Origin: the human T2T-CHM13v2.0 reference genome, Homo sapiens
DNA length: 64,000 bases
NCBI RefSeq assembly: GCF_009914755.1
Contig: NC_060947.1
Strand: one strand, 5' to 3'
Part shown: positions 1 to 19,330 of the stretch, piece by piece
Numbering within the stretch: position 1 is the stretch's first letter
Layout: every line of letters begins with the position of its first letter
The notes under the pieces: generated by a model
Seen by the model: only the letters and a program-made list of their open reading frames with translations
What the model was told of the DNA's origin: nothing
Database searches by the model: none
Position numbers and translations under genes: made by a program

Positions 1-513
1 GTGTGATGTTCCCCTTCCTGTGTCCATGTGTTCTCACTGTTCAATTCCCACCTATGAGTGAGAACACGTGGTGTTTGTTTTTTGTTCTTGTGATAGTTTA
101 CTGAGAATGATGATTTCCAATTTCATCCATGTCCCTACAAGGGACATGAGCTCATCATTTTTTATGGCTGCATAGTATTCCATGCTGGAGAGGATGTGGA
201 GAAATAGGAACACTTTTACACTGTTGGTGGGACTGTAAACTAGTTCAACCATTGTGGAAGTCAGTGTGGCGATTCCTCAGGGATCTAGAACTAGAAATAC
301 CATTTGCCCCAGTCATCCCATTACTGGGTATATACCCAAAGGACTATAAATCATGCTGCTATAAAGACACATGCACACGTATGTTTATTGCAACACTATT
401 CACAATAGCAAAGACTTGGAACCAACCCAAATGTCCAACAATGATAGACTGGATTAAGAAAATGTGGCACATATACACCATGGAATACTATGCAGCCATA
501 AAAAATGATGAGT
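1..513 (-). mobile_element. Young L1PA 3' fragment with 5' inversion (1-184 minus, 185-513 plus); 3' tail lies left of the window
   Basis: 1-184 is the reverse complement of the L1 ORF2 end/3'UTR. 185-513 is sense ORF2 C-terminus (WRFLRDLELEIPF...TMEYYAAIKNDE in ORF 252..620). Confidence 0.92.
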
Positions 514-740
514 CCTTCTCATTCTTATCTCCTCGTTGCAAAGGCAGAGGAGCCTCACGTTCTGACCAGTACTACATGTCCATGTGGAGTACTGCCAGGC
601 TACTAGTGATGTTTTCATAAGACTTAAGGGCTTGTAAGTTAGTTTGTGGTGAATGCTGCATGGCCTGGGACTCACCCTTCAAGATAGTGGGCTCCCCTCT
701 GGCCCAGGGCAGGTCCAGAAATGCCATCCCAGAGTCAAGT
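514..740 (-). mobile_element. Old L1M (L1MA-type) 5'UTR fragment
   Basis: Resembles 27120-27301 (ttgtggtgaatgc..gggactcacc.ttca..caggtccagaaatg..agagtcaag), which lies in an L1M 5'UTR. Confidence 0.65.
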
Positions 741-1620
741 CAAATCAAAACTACAATGTTATATCATTTCACCCTAGTTAAAATGGCTTACACCTAAACG
801 ACAGGCAATAACAAATGCTGGTGAGGATGTGGAAAAAAGGGAACCCTTGTATGTTCTGGGTGGGAATGTAAATTAGTACAACCACTGTGGAGAACAATAT
901 GGAGGTTCCTCAAAATCTAAAAATAGAGCTACCATATGATCCTACAGTCCTACTGCTGGTTATATACCCAAAAGAATGTAAATCAGTATATTGCAGAGGT
1001 ATCTACACTCCCATGTTTTTTGCGGCACTGTTCACAATAGCCAAAATCTGGAGGCAACCTGTCTTCATCAACAGATGACTGGATACAAAAATTTTTGTAG
1101 TTATACACACTGGAGTACTTTTCATCCATAAAAAATTAGATCCAAGTATTTGCAACAAAATGGCTGGAACTGGATGGAGATTATTATGTTAAGTGAAATA
1201 AGTCAGACACAGAAACACAAACATTGCATATTCTCACTTATTTGTGGGATCTGAAAATTAAAACAACTGAACTCATGGAGATGGAGGTAAAAGGATGGTT
1301 ATCGGAAGCTTGGAAAAATAGTGGAAGGGTACGGGGCAGTTGGGGATGGTTAATGGGTACAAAAGTAATAGAATATTTTAATAAGACCTAGTATTTGAGA
1401 GCAAAAAGGGTAACTATAGCCAGTAATAAGTTAGTTCTACATTTAAACATAAAAGAATATAATAGGATTGTTTGTAACACAAAAGATAAATGCTTGAGAT
1501 GATAAATACCCCATTTTCAAGGATGTGATTATTTCACATTACATGCCTGTACCAATACACCTGATGTACCCCATAAATATATACACATAGCATGCACCCA
1601 CAAAAATTAAAAACAAAAAG
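741..1620 (+). mobile_element. L1MA (L1MA1-3-like) 3' end
   Basis: ORF2 C-terminal remnant (LKIELPYDP...[12 protein letters not shown]), L1MA 3'UTR (aataagacctagtatttga...tgtaacacaaaagataaatgcttgag) and A-rich end. Confidence 0.85.
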
Positions 1621-1661
1621 ATCTAAAAAAATTTCTATCTGCCCTTCAAAAATTTTAACTT

Positions 1662-1771
1662 CACAAGGGCAGGAACTTTGCATGTTCTTGTGACCTGCCA
1701 AATCCACATCACTTGGAAAAGTGCCTGGCAATATTAAAGGCTCAAACATGTTTTAGAGTGAATGAATGAAT
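1662..1771 (+). mobile_element. L2 3' end
   Basis: agggcagg...agtgcctggca...gctcaa...gaatgaatgaat is the typical L2 terminus. Confidence 0.7.
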
Positions 1772-2072
1772 CACAGACAGATGAGCAATTGGAAACCTAA
1801 ATTGTTAATATTTATTCATTCATGGATTATCTAATACTTATTTGGATATCTTGTATATATATTAATACAATGTTCTGAGGTAGTATACTTTAGTTTCCAT
1901 TCCGGTTAACTTTAAGAAAGAGTCCGTTTTTTGTATTTTAAATTGTGTATAAGAAAGTACAATTAAAAGTGTTGGTATTTTAAATACATTTTAATATCAT
2001 TAGACTGTTTGCCTTAGCTTGTGTCCTTCATGAAGTAGAGCCTGGAGCAAAAGCACATGTGCAGTACTTCCA

Positions 2073-2446
2073 GAGAATGGAATATTATTCAGCATTAAAA
2101 AGAAATGAACTAGCAAGGAAATTTAAACACATGTTAACCAGTGGAAAGAATATAATATCAAAAGTATACATACTGTATTCTTTCAACTGTATGACATTTT
2201 AGAAGAGGCAAAACTATAGAGATGGCAAAAAGATCAGTGGTTTCCAAGGGTTGGGGAAGGGAGGAATGAATAGGCAGAGCACAGAGGAATTTTAAGGCAG
2301 TAAAACTACTCTATGTGATACCATAGTGTTGGATATATGCCCTTATACATTTGTTTAAACCCATGGAGTGGGAGATGTTAATACTAGGGAGATTATGCAT
2401 GTGTACAGACAGGGAGTATATGGGAAGTCTCTGCACTTTCTACTAA
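2073..2446 (+). mobile_element. L1MC-type 3' end fragment
   Basis: aatggaatattattcagc...ggcaaaactatagaga...gaataggcagagcacagagga...ggagtatatgggaa match L1MC 3'UTR motifs. Confidence 0.75.
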
Positions 2447-2530
2447 TTTTTTTTTTTTTTTTTTTTTTTTTTTTGTGATGGAGTCTTGCTCTGTTGCCAG
2501 GCTGGAGTGCAGTGGAGTGATCTGGCGCCA
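2447..2530 (-). mobile_element. Short Alu 3' fragment with long poly(A)
   Basis: About 28 T followed by gtgatggagtcttgctctgttgccaggctggagtgcagtgg; Alu similarity ends after about 55 nt. Confidence 0.9.
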
Positions 2531-4224
2531 TGGGGCCAGATTTCATTCATAGTGATAGTCATTAAAAAACAAACTTTAAAAGGGGAAATAATTTGTCTTA
2601 TAATTTATATTAAAACTGCAGTAAGAGTTTTGATTATTTGGATAATTTCCTTAGGTGTTTCTTAGCAATAATAAAGTCTCTCACCAACCCCCACCCTCAT
2701 TCTCCATGATGTTTCCATCATTGGTGGATGTTAAATAGGAGAAGAACAATCATTTTGTCATCATTAGACTGCTTATTGCATATTAGTGGTTTGAGAGATG
2801 ATGATTTGCAAATAAATAATAATAGAAAATTGTGGCAAATGAATAATATCATTAAAATATGACATGTAGATAGAGCAATGTAAAATGAATTGATAAATGC
2901 CAAGGCATGTTTACTATATTTGAAAAGTATTTCTATACAGTCCTAGTTATTACATAGCATTATGATGCATTTATACTTACAGCATATACATTCATAAAAC
3001 TTTAATTTGCTTTTCACTTTTAGCATTCATTTTTCAAGAAACAATGAAAAAGATATTCCTTCAAAACCATAAAGAATCAATAAATATACCCCAAAAGTAT
3101 GTTTTACTGGACACATTCTTCTTATTCCATTTTAGGGTAAAGTACATTTTCCTTTTATTTCTGAATTTTTTCAACTATCCTTCCTTTTTTAGGTGGGAGA
3201 GAGGAAAACAAAAAGGTCAGGAATGGAGAGTAAAGAGGGTTTAATCTAGTTAAGATTGTTAGCACAGGCTGCATATTGGTCACTGACAGAGTCTCCATTA
3301 CATAGTAAAAAAAATTAAAAAGAGGGAGAAAACTTTTGATGAATAGACAACATCTAATTTCTGTGCAAGAAAATCTTAAATTACTTTCAATTATTATTCC
3401 AAAAGGCAAAATTAATTGTAAATAACTAGATGTCATTAAAGCCAGATTCTGCTGGGTAATGCAAATCTTTTACAGTTTTGTTTCAGTTAACTGCCTCATT
3501 AATGATTTATAGATGTGTATACAGCTGTGGGAACCATAGCATTATCTAATGCACTCAGAGCATAATTACATATGAAAAGAACTATGCAGCTCATGGGAAA
3601 ATCTCTGAAATCACTTACTGCTTTAACTTCAACTATATTAAGATGTAAAGCATTTTGAAATAGACTTTGATGTTTTGTCACGTTTTTGACTCAAAATGTT
3701 GCCAACTTTTAAAGAAAAATTGGGATTTGCCATCAAATAAAAATGTTTGCATACTTCTTCAGTGCACACAGCATGCAGAAACATTAAGGCTTGTTTAACA
3801 AAGAAATAAAGCAATTTATTTATTATTTAGGAAGCCAGTTCAGAAAACATTTCTCTTTGTGCATCTGTTGTGTATGAAGAATAAAAATCTACTCAATAAA
3901 ACAAAAGCATAGTCTTTTTTATCACTATACTAGAACACAGATCATTTCAAGATAAAAGTCTTAGAATACCAATTTTCTATCACATTTTATCCAGTTCTAT
4001 AGGGTAATACTTTTTATTATAACCACTATTTCTTTACCTCTAGGAGAGCCCAGCCCTTTTTTTTAACATCATTTGTTCTAGTTCTCCATTCATTTCTTCT
4101 TTGGTGAGTATTTTTTCCTGAATTTTAACGTTTAGATGATATTATACATCATCGATTATTTCTGGACTCTTTTTCCTTTTACATTTAATATACACACATA
4201 TAACTTTGAACATCTAAGTTCCTA

Positions 4225-4264
4225 ATTCTGACATATATATATATATATATATATAAGTGTAACG

Positions 4265-4309
<45 letters not shown>

Positions 4310-4310
4310 A
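4225..4310. repeat. Two (TA)n microsatellites
   Basis: Seen directly in the sequence. Confidence 0.95.
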
Positions 4311-4574
4311 TTCATAGTTTTAGGATTTTCTATTTACCCAAGTGAAACTTCAATGTTAACTCATTCTTGGTTTTCTGGGTATGTGCAAATAAAATAGTAG
4401 TTGATAAAAAATGTGGGAGAGAAATTTAAAAATGATACATTTTTAATTGTTAACACACTGCCTAGGAATAGGTACTCTATAGATAAAGACACAAACATCC
4501 AATTTGTTATTAGGTAAAAGAGTCATGCCAAATGCAATTAAGTTTCTCTTTCTTCCTATCAGAGTTTTACTGAG

Positions 4575-4855
4575 CTTTTTTCTGGCTGGAAACATGGAGG
4601 CTGTCCAAGAGAAGAAGATTCCTGCTGTGCCAGAAATGCTTAAGAACAAGTGAAGGATTTAGCAGAGCTGAAAATCAAGTGCCGGGGAAAGAAGTTTTTG
4701 CCCAAAAGAGGCTTCGAAAGGTAAGTAGGAAGCTTATCTATGAAAAAGCGAAGTACTATCACAAGGAATATAGGTAGATGTACAGATCTGAAATTCAAAT
4801 GGCTAGGATGCTAAGAAAAACTAGCAACTTCTATGTATTACATAGAAGCCTAAGT
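4575..4855 (+). pseudogene. RPL7: Processed pseudogene fragment of ribosomal protein L7 (5'UTR plus about 85 N-terminal codons)
   Basis: Pyrimidine 5' leader then ATG at 4594: MEAVQEKKIPAVPEMLKNK* vs RPL7 [22 protein letters not shown]. Later frames give [41 protein letters not shown]. Stops and frameshifts present; no introns. The symbol is that of the parent gene. Confidence 0.93.
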
Positions 4856-5699
4856 TACTGACTTAGACTTTAGATGATATTGAAATAACTAGTAACTCAT
4901 ACACAGCACTTTCCCACCGAAGAAAGTGATCAAATGTACACATGACTGTTAAAAAACCAAAATAATGGTTCTTAAATAACGCATGAAATCAGCTGAAGAT
5001 CATAAACTTAAAATAGGACTTTGTACTCTTCCATTAGGGATGGAATTTTAATTAAACCTGCACCATAAAACCAAATCAATGTGTATTCTGTTTTTACAGT
5101 GAAACCATGACTCTTAATAAAATAAAATGTATATTTAGAAAGAACGGAGGCTGAATAACATGGCCAATATGTCCTTTAAATTTCTAACTTATAGAATTAG
5201 GTGGTAGATCTTTTCCATTTGTTCACATTAATTGTATAATAGGCTATGTCAAAGATCAAAAATAATATCACATGAATAAATTTTAATACTTCCATATTGG
5301 TAATCTAGTGGATGAGACCAAAATATAATAACAATGAAAAATAAATAGAAATGATTCCCAAGGAAGACATTTTAGTTTTTTTGTGTGTGTGCCTTTAAAT
5401 AAGACTTCTATCATTATTTGCATGTGTAAAACATATTCACTGGGAACACTTTATCCTTTTTATATAATTTTGTTTGATCAAGATTTCTACTATTTCTTTG
5501 GGAGTCAAATTTTCATGCTTTCCTAGCTTATGCACCTTTGTAATTTAAAAAGAGTTTGTAAGGTATTATTTACATTGAAACTATCTTAAAATTACTCAGA
5601 TACAGGAGCATAAAGTTGTTTCATAATGTTCTAATAATTCTAGACTTGGGACACATAAAAGCCTATCTTCAGATTTTCAGTTTTAAATGGAAGAGAAAA

Positions 5700-7920
5700 A
5701 TGGTAACTGACAATATATTTCTCCTTCAATTCTCCTATAGTTCCCAATGAAAAAATAATGATTTTAACAAAGCAAAAATTAATAAGATACAATAGCAAAA
5801 CAATTTAGAAAACAGCAAAAATTAAAAAAATAAAAAATAAAAAAAAGGTAGCAATGACTAAATAAGGCAAGAGGTGGAGCCCAAAATAATTAACTTCAAA
5901 AATGACAACCAAGAATAGAAACAGTTAATACTGTGACAGAGCAGATATTAAAAAGGAACATGACAAGCTGTCCTTTAGATACCACAATAGTGATTCCACA
6001 AAAGCCTGAGAATTTTAACTAATATTACAAAATGTAAAAAAGCAAGCTAATTGAATATCTTTGTGTTGACTCTCTTCTGAAGAGGTAATAGGGGAAATGG
6101 ATGCTGTAAAACTGAAGAAATTAACAATGAGATTGAATTTATTGGAGAAAAGTAAAGGTTCTAAGTATAAAGAATAGTTAGTGGAGTAAATTTTAACTTA
6201 AATGATACCTCAAATGAATTGAATACACCTAACAGTGAGGTGCAGTGCATCTGATACAGCAGATATAATGAAATCTGGGAAAGGAAAGGTGAGCTCAGTA
6301 TTGTTCTTTCTTCTTTCCATGCCTGCAGGATACAGAAAAACTGACTAGAACATTTTAAAGGCAGCTGAAAATAACTGCTTTTTGGGAAAAGTAAGTCTCA
6401 AAAGAATTGGAAAGGAAGTTAAATTCACCTACACTATAGAGATTTAAAATATAGTCTGGACAGAGCCGAGGAGATTCCAAAGTGCGAACAAGCTGAAAAA
6501 GTCTGGCATGGAAATTAAGCCTATGCATAATACCAGAAAAAAAAATAAGTGAGATACTTTCAATAAAAAGGACAGAGAAAGAAACTATAATGGAAGAAAA
6601 CATAACCAAAGGAACAAAAGGAAAATTGCCAGTGATGCTTTGTACTCCACAAGGACTCAGATTAAATAAAATAAAGAGCAAAAAGATGAGAAAAACTGAG
6701 GTGATTAACTTACAATACAAAATAAACGGTCAAAATATATTAATGTAACTAATAAACTGAAAGGTTCAATGAATAGAACATATATGGAAAAATGCAAATT
6801 AATTACATGATAACATGGAGGAAAGGCTTAGAATAATTACAGTGAACACAGCTGTGAAAGATCAAGTAATCAGAAAAAAATAGATATGCAAGACAAAGAC
6901 AATCTCCTATATGAATTAATGGTTTCCCTGAAGAACTCAACATATGGATTGGGAGAATTATTAAATATTTAATAAAATAAGTTTCCATGAAATGAAGAAA
7001 GAGCCAAAAAAGATTCCAGGAAACATTTACACTGAATGGTTAAGATATATCCCATGTGTAAGTAATTGAATTTAAAAACAAAGTTTTTTTTTCCTAAAAG
7101 AAATAAAATGTGATGCAAGGATTATTTATCAAAAAGAAAATGTTGAAACCTGAAAGCCTTAGGAATCCTAAACCCAGAAAAATTGTAAAAGAAACATTTT
7201 GGAAATTTTGTTGGAAATAAAAACCTCTTAATGATGAAACTAAATAAATTAAGAAATAAGTAAAAATAATGAATATGTGAAAACATAAAATAATGAACAA
7301 GCTTATACATACAAATATAAAAACTGTAGTAACAGAACAGAACGTAAATGCTATAAATTTTGGTGAAATAAAATTAACATAAATCACAAATCAGAAAGAG
7401 GAAGGAAGGGAGGTAGGACAACATGAAAGAGTGCTAATGTCTTTATCTTTTATAGCAGAGAGCCAATTGATGTGTATAAAGTTTAAAAGAGGAGTTAAAG
7501 GTGCATAATTTAAAAATCTATATTTAAAAAATTTTTTATATTTAGAAATAAATTACAGGAAACAATTTATTATGGTGAGACAATATTTCATTCAGTTTCA
7601 TTACAGTTTCCTGTTCTGTTAATTCACATAAACTTACATTGAATACTTATTTTTTAAAATAAGGCATGTGTTAGGACCCAATATTTATAAAACATTTTTT
7701 ATTGTCAATTTGTCTATCTATGTCATATCTATTATATCTATCCATCCATCTATTCATCCAACTATCCATTGACCCATCTATCTTCCTACCTTTATAATTA
7801 GTTGATTGAAATGATATTCAGTTGGTGTACACATTTTGTGGTGGTACAATATAGAATGTAGTTTTTGCATTTTACTATGCATTTTCTTAATTGCCTAAAT
7901 TATATATAATATGTAGCATT
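5700..7920 (+). mobile_element. Very old L1-related remnant (HAL1/L1ME-like)
   Basis: Strongly A-biased plus strand with degenerate ORF1-like and 3'UTR-like patches; family uncertain. Confidence 0.4.
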
Positions 7921-8249
7921 TTATTGCAACAATAATAAATTCATTATTTTTATCATAAAATTAACCCAATTTGATAAAGTATGGTGCAGCAGTTCCATTA
8001 TTTAAATAAATCATAATCTTCCAGGCCTTAATATCTGGTACCTTTATTTTTGGCAGCAATATTGGGTAATAGATACTTATCTAATACATAGAGAGGAGTC
8101 ATAACTGATGCATGAATGTTTTAAACAACCTGCAGATCGTCATCCAGCATCTGTGTTAAAATCCTTGATGACCAATAACTCAATTTGTCACAAGGCTTCC
8201 TTTTCCATTTCAGGATATCGTTCATTTTTTGAAACACTTTTTTTTCCTT

Positions 8250-8382
8250 TTTGGCTTAAACAACAGAAACTTTTTTTTTCCATAAATCTGAAGGCTGTAA
8301 GCTCAAGATCAGGATGTAAATAGGACTTTTTTTCCTGAGGCCTCTTTTCTTGGCTTTTATATGGCCATCTTCTCCTTATGGT
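8250..8382 (-). mobile_element. MLT1-type MaLR LTR fragment
   Basis: ggcttaaacaacagaaa...tctgaaggct..aag.tcaagatca...cctgaggcctct...tggccatcttctcc. Confidence 0.7.
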
Positions 8383-8384
8383 GG

Positions 8385-8490
8385 ACACAGGTTGATTCTG
8401 TATCTTTTCTGTTGTGAATAGTTCTATGATAAATATGTGAGTGCAGATGTCTCTTCCACACTGTTATCATTTCCTTTGGATATACACCCA
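8385..8490 (-). mobile_element. L1M 3' ORF2 fragment
   Basis: ggttgattc...gtgaatagt...gtgcagatgtctcttc...tcctttggatatacaccca. Confidence 0.7.
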
Positions 8491-8668
8491 AAGATATATA
8501 TATTCATATAAGATATGGTATATATATTCATATAAGATATGGTATATATATGAATATATATATTCATATATATATCAAATAAGAGATATATATATCTTAT
8601 TTGAGTTTATGTATACTTAATGTTTAGTATGTCAATTTGTCTTGTATACTTAATGTTTACAAATATCA

Positions 8669-9871
8669 TGTATACTTAATGTTTAGATACCACTTACAAA
8701 TGAGAACATGCAGTATTTGGTTTTCTCTTTCTGTGTTAGTTTCCTTAGGATAATGAACACCAGCTCCATTCATGTTGCAGCAAAGGAGATGATCTCATTC
8801 TTTTGGGGGGGCTGTGTAGTAATCCATGGTGTATATGTACCACATTTTCTTTATCCAGTGTAATGTTGATGGGCATTAATGTTGGTTCCATGGATTCGTT
8901 ATTGTGAACATCAGCAAGCATGCATGTGTCTTAATGGTAGAACAATTTATATTCCTTGAATCCAATAATGGGATTGCTGGGTCAAATAGCAGTTCTAAGT
9001 TACTTGAGCAATCCCCAAATGGCTTTCTACAATGGATGAATTAATTAAAGTTTCCACCAGCAGTGTATGTGTTCCTTTTTCTTCACAACCTCCCCAGCAT
9101 CTGCTATTTTTGATGGTTCGATAATAATCATTATGACTAGTGTGAAGTGGTATCTCACTGTTGTTTTTTAATTTGCATTTATCTAATTATTAGTGATGTT
9201 GATCTTTTTTTTCACATGCTTCTTGGCCACATGTATGTCTTCTTTTGAAAAATATCTGTTCATGATTTTTGCCCACTTTTTAATGGGGTTGTTTGTGTTT
9301 TGTTTGTAAAGTTGTTTTTTTTGTGGCTGAAATTCATATATTTTATTCAATATAGCCTCTCAAATAGTCACTTGAAGTCTACTTAGTATTAGTCCTATAC
9401 ATAATTTGTTAAAAAGAAATTTAAACTAGAAGTTATGGATTCCAAAGTTTACCCTACTGATAACATTTTGAAGTAATTAAAGTTGTTTAAGTTCCTTATA
9501 GATTCTGGATATTAGACTTCTGTCAGATGCATAGTTTGAAAATATTTTCTCCCATACTCTAGATTGTCTGTTTAATCTGTTGATAGTTTATTTTGCTGTG
9601 CAGATGTTCTTTAATTTAATTAGGTACCATTTGTCAATTTTTGTTTTTGTTGCAATTGTTTTTGGCCTCTTAGTCATGAAATCTTTGCCAGGGATCTCAG
9701 GTTATGTTCCAAGGTTTATATAGTTTTAGGTTTCGTATTTAAGTTTTTAATCCATCTTCAGTTGATTTTTGTATGTGGTGTAAGGAAAGGGTCGAGTTTC
9801 CAACTTCTGCATATTTCTAGCCAGTTATCTCAGCATTATTTATTGAACAGGGCATCATTTCCCCATGGCCT
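8669..9871 (-). mobile_element. L1PA15/16-L1PB-like 3' region, interrupted at 9318-9477
   Basis: Reverse-complement L1 3'UTR/ORF2 (gagaacatgcagtatttggtttt..., gtcagatgcatagtttg, aaatctttgccaggg). Confidence 0.85.
9318..9477 (-). pseudogene. Unidentified short polyadenylated retro-insert (mRNA 3' end or orphan transduction)
   Basis: 11-bp TSD taaagttgttt at 9307-9317 and 9478-9488; T tract on the left; tttatt (AATAAA on minus) at 9342-9347. Confidence 0.75.
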
Positions 9872-17840
<7,969 letters not shown>

Positions 17841-19330
17841 ATACCTTAGGAAATACCATTCCGAATACAGGCCCTGGGAAAGATTTCTTGATGAAGACAC
17901 CAAAAGCAATTGCAACAAAAACAAAAATTTACAGCTGTGACCTAATTAAATCAAAGAGCTTCTGCACAGCAAAATAATGTATCAACAGAGTAAATAGGCA
18001 ACTTACAGAATGGGGGGAATTATTGGCAAACTGCATACAACAAAAGCCTAATATCCAGAATCGATAGAAAACTTTAATAAATTAACAAGCAAAAATCAAA
18101 CAATTCCATTGAAAAGTTGGTGAAATAGTTTGAATATTTTTCTCCATCCAAATCTCATGTTAAATTGTAATCCCCAATATTGGAGTTGGGGTCTGGTGGG
18201 AGGTGTTTGGATCATAGGGGTGGATCCCTCATAAATGACTTGTGTCATTCTGTTGTTGATAAGTGAATTCTTGCTCTGAGTTCACATGAGATCTGGTCAT
18301 TAAAAGTGTTTGTTACCTCTCTGTCACTCTCTCTTTCTCTTGTTCCTGCTCTGGTCACCTTACATGCCTCCTTCCTCCATAATTGTATGTTTCCTGAGAC
18401 CTCTCTAGAAGCCAAGCAGGTGACAAGACCATTCTTTCTGTAAAATCTGTAGAACCATAAGCCAATTAAGTTAGCTTTCTATATAAATTACCCTGTCTCA
18501 TGTATTTCCTTACAGCAATAATAGAATGGCCTAATACAGTGGGTAAAGGATATCAACAGACAGTTTTCTAAAGAAGACATACATGCATCCAGCAAGCATA
18601 TGAAAAAAGCTCAATATCACTAACTGCCAGAGAAATGCAAATTAAAACCACAATGAGATACCATCTTACACCAGTCAGAATGGCTATTATCAAAAAATCA
18701 AAACAGGAAATAATAGATTCTGGTGAGGCCATAGGGAAAAGGTAATGCTTATACACTGCTGGTGGGAAGGTAAATTAGTTTAGTCACTGTGGAAAGCACT
18801 ATGGTGATTTCTCAATTTGACCTAGAAATCTCATTTTTGTGTATACTCCCGAAGGAATATAAGTTGTTCTACCATAAAAACATATGCATCTGTTTATTAC
18901 AGCACCATTCACCATAATAAACACTTGGAATCAACCTAGATGCTCCTCAATTATAGATTGGATAAAGAAAATGTTATATATATTTATATATCATAGAATA
19001 TTATGCATCCATAAAAAAGTGAAATAATATGTTTTGCAGCAACATGGATGGAGCTGGAGACCATTATCCTAAGAGAACTAATTCAGGAACAGAAAACCAA
19101 ATATTTTATGTTCTCACTTATAAGTGTTAGCTAGACATTGTGTACACATAGACCCAATGAAGAGAACAATAGACACTGGAGCCTACTTGAGGGTGGAGGG
19201 GGGACGTCGGTGAGGATCGATAAACTACTTATCAGGTGCCATGCATATTAACTGGGTGATGAAATAATCTGTATACCAAACCCCCATGATATGTAATTTA
19301 CCTATATTAAAAACCTGCATATGTACCTCT
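17841..19330 (+). mobile_element. L1PA15/16-L1PB-like 3' end, interrupted by an MST LTR
   Basis: ORF2 C-terminal and 3'UTR motifs (aaaccacaatgagataccatc, gcctacttgagggtggaggg). Confidence 0.87.
18121..18538 (+). mobile_element. MSTB-like solo LTR
   Basis: TG...CA ends (ggcctaataca); ccaaatctcatgttaaattgtaatcccc; 5-bp TSD gttgg/gtggg. Confidence 0.88.

Noticed and set aside
3440-3720. Possible conserved enhancer (TGATTTAT and TAAT motifs)
   Set aside because: Short motifs are expected by chance in AT-rich DNA; conservation cannot be judged from one sequence.
6355-7387. Hydrophobic ORFs resembling membrane proteins
   Set aside because: Produced by the T-rich antisense strand of an A-rich old LINE remnant; no gene structure.
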